Shown here: positions 57,202 to 64,000 of the stretch, one piece after another
How the letters are laid out: each line of letters starts with the position of its first letter
How positions within the stretch are numbered: the first letter of the stretch is position 1
Origin: Patescibacteria group bacterium
Lineage (GTDB): Bacteria > Patescibacteriota > Microgenomatia > UBA12405
Reading direction: 5' to 3'
Assembly (NCBI GenBank): GCA_023380755.1
Contig: JAMCSD010000006.1
Coordinates: 39,841-103,840, forward strand
Length of the DNA stretch: 64,000 bases
The notes under the pieces: model-generated
What the model was told of the DNA's origin: nothing
Database searches by the model: none
What the model saw: the letters and a program-made list of their open reading frames with translations, nothing else
Position numbers and translations under genes: made by a program

Positions 57202-58173
57202 ATGGCTGAAATTGAGTTTTGGTCACCGCTTCAACAAAAATCTTTGTCATTGCCGGCAGGCGAACAACAGAAATACCTCCGCTTACTGGATACGGCCCGC
57301 ACTTCTACTTCGGTGGCTGATCAGTCTGGTCATCATGTCCGTGTTGCCCTCCTGACTGGCGCTGGCCAGACCTTCACCGGCGGTAATTATGAATATGCTC
57401 TTAGCGATTCCTTTGTTCATGCCGAGTCCTCCGCCTTAAATAATGTCTTAACTCAGTTTGGTCGGGTTCAGCTCGAAGCCTTGGCTTATGATGTGCCGCC
57501 TCCTATTACTCCAACCACTTTTTGTATCCCTTGTGGCCGCTGTCTTGATATTCTCTCTGCTTACGCTTCTCCAGATTTAGCCATTGTCGTTGGTGATTCC
57601 CGTCGTGTTTCTCTTACCTATTTAAAAGATTATTTATTTGCTGATTTTGCTAATGTTCCTCTTGACCGAGTTTCCCCGCGGGGCCAAGATGAGGCTGTCC
57701 TAGCCCTGAAAAGGGGAATCGATGCTTACTTGCCCGAAACCCATAAAGATCAAGTTTATGGCGTCGCCCTGGTCGGCAAAGACCAAATTTGGCGCGGCAG
57801 TCTTTACACCAACGCCTCTTATGATGCCGTGACCCCCATCTTATCGGCCATCCAAACCTGGCGTAATACTCTACCTCTTGAGCCTTATGATTACTCCCAT
57901 TTTCACCTCACCAAAGCCGTTGTGGCCAGTTTCCAACGCCCTCATATCTTTTACCGGGACCGCCAGGCTCTGACCGATCTTGATGAACTTATAAGGCTGA
58001 AATTTCCCTCACTCGGCCCCCTCCCTGTAGACATGTTACAAGTCGACTCCAAAACCCTTCGCCCCCTGCAGGCTTGGCGGACTAATGCCGCCGAGTGGCT
58101 GCCTTTTCCTTATACTCCCTCATCTTTCGGGATGCACGATACTTTGCATCAACTTCTGACGCAGCTAACTTAA
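57202..58173 (+). CDS. cytidine deaminase-like protein, two-domain
   Basis: GGNYE...HAESSA...PCGRC in domain 1; the second repeat lacks the Zn ligands. Confidence 0.8.
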   Translation: MAEIEFWSPLQQKSLSLPAGEQQKYLRLLDTARTSTSVADQSGHHVRVALLTGAGQTFTGGNYEYALSDSFVHAESSALNNVLTQFGRVQLEALAYDVPPPITPTTFCIPCGRCLDILSAYASPDLAIVVGDSRRVSLTYLKDYLFADFANVPLDRVSPRGQDEAVLALKRGIDAYLPETHKDQVYGVALVGKDQIWRGSLYTNASYDAVTPILSAIQTWRNTLPLEPYDYSHFHLTKAVVASFQRPHIFYRDRQALTDLDELIRLKFPSLGPLPVDMLQVDSKTLRPLQAWRTNAAEWLPFPYTPSSFGMHDTLHQLLTQLT

Positions 58174-58191
58174 AATAGATTATTAAATCCT

Positions 58192-58410
58192 ATGAAAGTC
58201 TCGGTCATCACTCATCCTCATGCCAAACAGCCCAGAATCGAAACCGATTTATTAGGCCAGCTTCATGTTTATGTTCTGGAGCCACCACTCGAGGGTCGGG
58301 CCAATGAAGCGGTAATTGAGGCCTTAGCGGCTCATTTTCATACCAAAAAAAATCGCATTTTTCTTTTATCCGGAGCCTCTGCTAAGCGCAAGATTTTTGA
58401 AATTACTTAA
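58192..58410 (+). CDS. DUF167 / YggU family protein
   Basis: PPLEGRANEAVIEALAAHF...LLSGASAKRK. Confidence 0.9.
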   Translation: MKVSVITHPHAKQPRIETDLLGQLHVYVLEPPLEGRANEAVIEALAAHFHTKKNRIFLLSGASAKRKIFEIT

Positions 58411-58429
58411 TTTCCCCTAAAATTAAGTC

Positions 58430-58804
58430 ATGATTCTTATTAAACGCATCTACGATCCTTATAGTCCCGATGATGGCTATCGCGTCTTGGTCGATCGTCT
58501 TTGGCCCCGGGGGATTGCCAAAGCCACCTCTCATCTCGACTTATGGCTCAAAGATATTGCTCCCAGCACTACTTTGCGCCACTGGTTTAACCATGACCCC
58601 GCCAAATGGCCTGGTTTCCAAAAGAAATATCAACAGGAATTAGCCCGTAAACCTGGTTTGGTCGCCCAACTAAAATCATTTGAAGCCCAGCACCATCGCT
58701 TGACCCTGCTTTATGCTGCCAAAGATACCGATCGCAATGAAGCTGTGGTTCTCCAACAATGGCTTCAAAAAAAATCTACTGTTGCTCCTGTGAAAAAAAG
58801 CTAG
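58430..58804 (+). CDS. DUF488 / YeaO family protein
   Basis: KRIYD...DGYRVLVDRLWPRG, IAPSTTLRHWF, LTLLYAAKD. Confidence 0.92.
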   Translation: MILIKRIYDPYSPDDGYRVLVDRLWPRGIAKATSHLDLWLKDIAPSTTLRHWFNHDPAKWPGFQKKYQQELARKPGLVAQLKSFEAQHHRLTLLYAAKDTDRNEAVVLQQWLQKKSTVAPVKKS

Positions 58805-58890
58805 GGATCCTGTGAAAATGTCTCTGGGGAATTCTGATCTAGCTTTAATTTTTGTTTGACTCGTGAGATTGCTGCTTTGTATGATTATCC

Positions 58891-60093
58891 ATGAAACACT
58901 TAACCTTTTTCCTTCTTGGCTTCTTTGTCTTTGTTCTCGGTTTTTGTTTAGTTAAATTGACTCCCTCTGTCCAGGCTCAGTCCCATGGCAAAAGACACGC
59001 GGCTGTTTGCGGTTCTTCGGCTCGAGATTCGGCCCGCTGCCATGCCCGGGTTATTGTTGACGATAAAGGCAATCCCCAAACCTCCAGAAGCCCTAGTGGC
59101 TATGGGCCGACCCAATTTACCAAGGCATACAACCTCTCTGGTACTGTTTCCGCCGCCCAAACCATTGCCATTGTTGATGCTTACGATCACCCCAATATTC
59201 TTTCCGACTTAAACACTTATAGCCGCCAATATGGCTTGCCTCCAATGGCCAGTTGCCCGGTTTCTGGCGGTACGGCCGCGAATCCTTGTTTTCAAAAAGT
59301 TAACCAGAATGGTGGCACCAATTACCCTTCTGCCAACTCGAGTTGGGCTCTTGAAATTTCTCTGGATGTCGAAGCCGCCCACGCCGTCTGTCATAACTGC
59401 AATCTTTTATTAGTTGAAGCCAATTCTGCCAGTTATACCGACTTAATGACGGCCGTTGATCGCGCTCGTTTAATGGGGGCCACTGTTATCTCTAATTCTT
59501 ATGGTTCCAGTGAATTCTCCGGTGAAACAACTTTTGATACCCACTTTAATCATCCGGGGATCGCCTTTATTTTTAGTTCTGGTGACAATGGTTATGGCCC
59601 ACAGTACCCGGCTGCTTCTCCTTATGTCACGGCTACCGGTGGGACTACCCTTTTAGTTAATTCCGATAATACTTATAACTCCGAAACTGCTTGGAGTGGT
59701 GCCGGCAGCGGTTGTAGCGTCTATGAACCGAAACCTTCCTGGCAAAAAGATACCCAGTGCAGTCTGCGAACCATCGCCGATGTCTCTGCCGATGCTGATC
59801 CCGGTACTGGTGCTGCTGTCTACGACAGCATCCGTTATCAGGGTCGTAAGGGTTGGTTCCAGGTCGGCGGCACTAGTTTATCGGCCCCGCTGATTGCAGC
59901 CACCTATGCCCTGGCTGGCAATGCTGCTTCTGCTACCAATGCCAACGCCTTGCCTTATCAAAACCCAAGTGCTCTCCATGATGTCGTTTCGGGCTCTAAT
60001 GGCACTTGCAATGGCAGTTATTTATGCACTGCTACCACCGGCTACGATGGCCCCACCGGTTTAGGCAGCCCCAATGGGACCCCAGCCTTTTAG
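58891..60093 (+). CDS. secreted S53/S8 serine peptidase
   Basis: Signal peptide, EISLDVE, SSGDNG, GGTSLSAP, GYDGPTGLGSP. Confidence 0.92.
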   Translation: MKHLTFFLLGFFVFVLGFCLVKLTPSVQAQSHGKRHAAVCGSSARDSARCHARVIVDDKGNPQTSRSPSGYGPTQFTKAYNLSGTVSAAQTIAIVDAYDHPNILSDLNTYSRQYGLPPMASCPVSGGTAANPCFQKVNQNGGTNYPSANSSWALEISLDVEAAHAVCHNCNLLLVEANSASYTDLMTAVDRARLMGATVISNSYGSSEFSGETTFDTHFNHPGIAFIFSSGDNGYGPQYPAASPYVTATGGTTLLVNSDNTYNSETAWSGAGSGCSVYEPKPSWQKDTQCSLRTIADVSADADPGTGAAVYDSIRYQGRKGWFQVGGTSLSAPLIAATYALAGNAASATNANALPYQNPSALHDVVSGSNGTCNGSYLCTATTGYDGPTGLGSPNGTPAF

Positions 60094-60115
60094 TCTCTTG
60101 ACAATCTTTCTCTAA

Positions 60116-60147
60116 AATGCTCAACTGTATGCATACAGTTGAGCATT
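60116..60147. promoter_or_regulatory. perfect 32-bp palindrome just upstream of the surface-protein gene
   Basis: AATGCTCAACTGTATGCATACAGTTGAGCATT is its own reverse complement; TTGACA at 60098-60103. Confidence 0.6.
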
Positions 60148-60152
60148 AAAAA

Positions 60153-63100
60153 GTGAAGTACTTAAAGTCCTGTCTAGCTGTTCTTTTAGTTGCTGTCAGT
60201 TTACTTCTGCCCGCGAAAGCTCAAGCTGTCGGTAATTTAACTGCCGTCTCCTCCACTCTTTCCTCCTCTAGTTTAGGTGCCTCCGGTGTTGATGCTACTT
60301 TCTCTCTCACCCTAGGGTCTTCACTCCCGGTTGGTGGTTACATTGAAGTTCAACTTCCCGGTAGCCTTTATTCCTATCAGGCCAATAGTGTCACCTTAAC
60401 TCTGGTGAGTACCAACCCTTCCGTCGGTTCCTTGGTTTTTGTTAGCAAAGGGACTAACCCGGACACTAATTCTTTCGTTAGCCAAAGCATTTACTTAAAA
60501 ACCTCCGGTGCAGTTGTCCCCGCCGGTACCGCCCTTATTTTTAAGATCGGCGGTTTAACCAATGGCAACACTGCCCAAACTGCCACTGCTAACCTCCAAA
60601 CCACTGCCACCTACCACGGCACCGTTCTTGACGGCGATAGCAGCAACAGTAGTGGTAATTATTACTTCCAACACTTAATGTCTGTTGGTACGGTCGCTTT
60701 CCAGGGTACCGTCACTAATCCTTCCAGCAACCCCGTTAATCAGGCCTGGGTTAATATTTTCCCTGCCAGCGTTTCCGGTGGGGGAGCTATGCCGCAGGGA
60801 AGTCTCACCGATTCTGCCGGGAAATACCTCATCGTCACCACCAATGTTAACGTTGGTACCTCTTATTCTCTTCAGGTCTTTGCTCCTTTTAATGGTGGCG
60901 GCAACTTGGTTACCCCCGATACCTATACCGCGCTTTATAACAATTCACCGATTACCAAAAATTTCCAATTTACTACCGCCACCAAAACCATTACCGGTAC
61001 CGTTTCTTACAATGGCACTGCCATTGGGGTTACTGGCGCTCAAGTTAGCGCCTTCAAAATGAATGGTTCCGGTTTTGCTCAAACTACCACTGATTCTTCC
61101 GGTCACTTCACTTTTACTGTCGGCGGTGGCGATTGGGGAGTTTCCCCCCAGGCCGGCAATAATTCTGATTGGTCCTACGGTCAGCCACCAGTTACCGTCA
61201 AATTTGCCACCGACAACAGTACCGAAAGCCAAACTGCTGATTTCACTGTTTATAAAGCTTCCGCCCACGTTACTGGTCGCTTGCTAAAACCCAATGGTTC
61301 CCCCGTTACGTCTCTGGACGGTCTGGGTATTGGTGTTTTTAGCCAGGAAGGTAAAGGCGGCGGCGGTCAAATCAATAATGATCTCGGCACTTTTTCCGTG
61401 GCCGTCCCCCCGGGAACTTATATGATTAATGTCTGGGCACCACCCATTAGTACTTACGGTACTCCGTCCGTTGATCCGGTGACTGTCGTTGATGGCCAAA
61501 CCAAAGATGTCGGAGATATTACCTTAATCAACAAAGACTCCACAATTACTGGTTCCGTTAAAAACAGTCAGGGTGTTGGTGTTTCTGGGGTGAATATTAA
61601 TGCCTTTGTCCGCGATGGCGGTGGCTTTTCCCAAGCTACGACTGACAACAGCGGTAACTTTACCTTAAGCGTTACTGCCGGCCATTGGACCGTCCAGCCA
61701 TTCCTTAATATGTCTTCCTCCTATGCCCTTGATACCCCTCCCCAGGATGTGACAGTTACCTCGTCAGCTTCCGCCACCGTTAACTTCACTGTTAAAAGCG
61801 CTTCGGTGACTATTAGTGGTGTTGTTCAGGATACTAACGGTAACCCACTCTCCATCTATGGTTATGCCTTTGCCGAAAACCCCAATGGGGGCATGATGGG
61901 CCCCGGCGGCTTAGGTGGCCCCATTGAACGTGGTTCCTTCTCCTTCAAAGTGCCGGCTGGCACCTACACCATTAATGCCGGTATCGCTCCTGGTTCTGGC
62001 TACACTCCCAGTTCCGGTACTACCGTTACCGTGAATGATGGCGATACCAAAAATGTGGTCGTCACTCTCGCTTCCAACGATTCCACCATTACCGGCTCTA
62101 TCGTTAACAGTCAGGGAACTGCTATTAGCGGTACTGGAATCCAGGTATTTGCGGTTTCTCACGGTGGTGGTCACGAAGCCTTCCAGCAAGGAATTGTTAG
62201 TGGCAGCACTTATACCATTAGTGTTGCTGCTGGTGATTGGTCCTTAGGCTTTTTCGTCGACCCCAGCTCCGGCTACATGTCTTCGCCTCCGGGTTCCGCT
62301 GATAAATTTACTATTACCAGTGGCGAAACTTTTACTAAAAATATTAGCCTCCTATCCGCTAACTCCACTATCACTGGTAAGATTACCAAGCCTGATGGCT
62401 CAGCGGCCGCTGGTGTTTTTGTCTCGGTTGATAATCGTGAAACTCAAAATAAAGACTACTTTAATGGCGCTCCCACCGATAGTAACGGCAATTATACTGT
62501 CAAAATTACTGCCGGTACTTACAAAGTCCGCGTTAATGTTGCTCCCGGTCAGGGTTATCTTTCTCCGGCGGAACAAAATATTACTGTTGCTGATAGCCAA
62601 ACTCAGACAGCCAACTTTTCTCTTCGGCAATCCGATGCCACTATTTCCGGTACTGTTACTCTTAACGGTTCCGGAACCCCCGCCTATGTCTATGCCTGGT
62701 CGGATGACGGCGGCTTTGCCCAATCTAACGCTATTTCCGATGGTACCTATAGTCTCTCTGTTTCCCAAGGTACTACCTGGCATGTTGGTGCCCGCTATGA
62801 AAATGGTACCAATCCCTATCAGTCGAATGAAACCATCATTTCCCTTAATTCAGCTACGGCGACGGCCGATTTAACTTTATCTGCCCCTTCTTATTCTCTG
62901 CCCCAAGCTTTGACCACTACCTTTGATGCTACCAAGCCTAAAATTATTAACCTAACTGATGGCGCTGAAATCAATATTCCGGCTAATGCCTTAGCCTCTT
63001 CCGGCAGCGTTACTCTGACCATTAGCCCCAAAGCCTCTTTGCCGGTCAAGAAAGGAGATAAACCGGTCTGGTATGGCTATCAATTTACGGCCACCGACAG

Positions 63101-63917
63101 CAATGGCCAATCGATCACCAGTTTCAATAGTGCCATCACCATTACCTTTCCTTATACCGATGCTCAGTTAACTGCCCAAGGTATCACTGCCGATGATCTT
63201 ATCCCCTCATATTTTGATGACACCTCCGGTACTTGGAAAAAGGTGAGCAATGTAACCGTTGACACCACCAACAAGACCGTTACTATCTCCACTGACCATT
63301 TTACCGATTACGCCCTAACTGCCAATATTACCAACTCCGGTAACAGCCAAAACTCATCACCTTCCGTTTCCACCACCTCCTCTACGCCAGGCTGTGGCGA
63401 TCTTTCGCCCGCTTCTGCCCCTCAGATTTTTCAGATTAATCGTACCCGGACTAGCGCCAAGATCTACTTTGTCCCGGCCATGAATCCGGTAACCTATTAC
63501 TACCTTTCTTACGGTCTTAAACCTGGTGATGACCGTTACGGCGTTAGTTTTAACCAAGGGGCTTCATCCGGCGCTTTAACTTTTACTGTTGATCATCTTT
63601 CTCCTCGCGCGACCTATTACTTCCGGATTCGCGCTGGCAATGGCTGTACTCCTGGTCCCTGGTCGGACTGGTTTCCCAAAGGCAAATATAAAGTAACATA
63701 TTCCACCACTAGTACCGCCTCCACCCCAACTACTCTGAAAAGGACTGCTTCCAAAGTCGCTGCTCCGGCTCTCGATACTCAGCCCGAGCCCACTACCGCT
63801 CCCGCTGCCCCCCAACCTCAAACGGCTGCCCCTCCCGTCGTTACCACTCCCGCTAAGCCCACTCCGGCTCCACCCTCCCTTTGGCAGCGAATCAAACAAT
63901 TCTTTAGCTGGCTATAA
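60153..63917 (+). CDS. large secreted surface protein with carboxypeptidase-regulatory-like repeats and an FN3 domain
   Basis: Signal peptide; repeated TITG.V...G..V...TD.SG.F/Y units; TDHFTDYAL; FN3 (TYYFRIRAGNGC..GPWS); Pro-rich tail ending in an amphipathic helix. Confidence 0.85.
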   Translation: MKYLKSCLAVLLVAVSLLLPAKAQAVGNLTAVSSTLSSSSLGASGVDATFSLTLGSSLPVGGYIEVQLPGSLYSYQANSVTLTLVSTNPSVGSLVFVSKGTNPDTNSFVSQSIYLKTSGAVVPAGTALIFKIGGLTNGNTAQTATANLQTTATYHGTVLDGDSSNSSGNYYFQHLMSVGTVAFQGTVTNPSSNPVNQAWVNIFPASVSGGGAMPQGSLTDSAGKYLIVTTNVNVGTSYSLQVFAPFNGGGNLVTPDTYTALYNNSPITKNFQFTTATKTITGTVSYNGTAIGVTGAQVSAFKMNGSGFAQTTTDSSGHFTFTVGGGDWGVSPQAGNNSDWSYGQPPVTVKFATDNSTESQTADFTVYKASAHVTGRLLKPNGSPVTSLDGLGIGVFSQEGKGGGGQINNDLGTFSVAVPPGTYMINVWAPPISTYGTPSVDPVTVVDGQTKDVGDITLINKDSTITGSVKNSQGVGVSGVNINAFVRDGGGFSQATTDNSGNFTLSVTAGHWTVQPFLNMSSSYALDTPPQDVTVTSSASATVNFTVKSASVTISGVVQDTNGNPLSIYGYAFAENPNGGMMGPGGLGGPIERGSFSFKVPAGTYTINAGIAPGSGYTPSSGTTVTVNDGDTKNVVVTLASNDSTITGSIVNSQGTAISGTGIQVFAVSHGGGHEAFQQGIVSGSTYTISVAAGDWSLGFFVDPSSGYMSSPPGSADKFTITSGETFTKNISLLSANSTITGKITKPDGSAAAGVFVSVDNRETQNKDYFNGAPTDSNGNYTVKITAGTYKVRVNVAPGQGYLSPAEQNITVADSQTQTANFSLRQSDATISGTVTLNGSGTPAYVYAWSDDGGFAQSNAISDGTYSLSVSQGTTWHVGARYENGTNPYQSNETIISLNSATATADLTLSAPSYSLPQALTTTFDATKPKIINLTDGAEINIPANALASSGSVTLTISPKASLPVKKGDKPVWYGYQFTATDSNGQSITSFNSAITITFPYTDAQLTAQGITADDLIPSYFDDTSGTWKKVSNVTVDTTNKTVTISTDHFTDYALTANITNSGNSQNSSPSVSTTSSTPGCGDLSPASAPQIFQINRTRTSAKIYFVPAMNPVTYYYLSYGLKPGDDRYGVSFNQGASSGALTFTVDHLSPRATYYFRIRAGNGCTPGPWSDWFPKGKYKVTYSTTSTASTPTTLKRTASKVAAPALDTQPEPTTAPAAPQPQTAAPPVVTTPAKPTPAPPSLWQRIKQFFSWL

Positions 63918-64000
63918 GTACCTAAAAATCTGATACCAAAAGTTTACTGTCCAAGCATCCACCTCTTCTAACTGGTGAGCTAACCAATTCATCATTTTAG

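Noticed and set aside
60125..60138. E. coli-type LexA box within the palindrome
   Set aside because: The spacing is CTG-N8-CAG, not CTG-N10-CAG.

Overview
This is bacterial chromosomal DNA that looks like Patescibacteria (CPR, probably Microgenomates). That assignment is an inference from short monocistronic genes on alternating strands, many apparently leaderless starts, a stand-alone VirD4/TraG-like ATPase, a pilin and a DUF5659-like protein. Housekeeping content: rplY (partial), thpR, ftsB-like, a Xer-family recombinase, polyprenyl synthase, dnaG-rpoD, a P-type ATPase, a RelA/SpoT homolog and four tRNAs (Ile-TAT, two CAT, Asn-GTT). An AT-rich island of about 17.8 kb (16163-33980) is integrated in the 3' end of tRNA-Asn by a large serine recombinase. 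Both att ends can be read from the sequence, and recombination would swap the integrase C-terminus. The island carries TerS, small replication/regulatory-type genes, a structured RNA candidate, a complete type I RM system, and an unassigned module of a TM protein, a SEC-C/HEPN-like protein and a caspase-fold protease (candidate defence system). Other highlights: (i) a unit of tRNA, small GIY-YIG nuclease and hairpin-decorated partial tRNA copy, seen at two separate tRNAs; (ii) a pseudokinase-vWA-divergent PurA operon flanked by a nucleotidyltransferase and a cytidine deaminase; (iii) a rare tRNA-Ile(UAU) and an atypical initiator-like tRNA. All family calls come from motif recognition by eye; no database searches were run.
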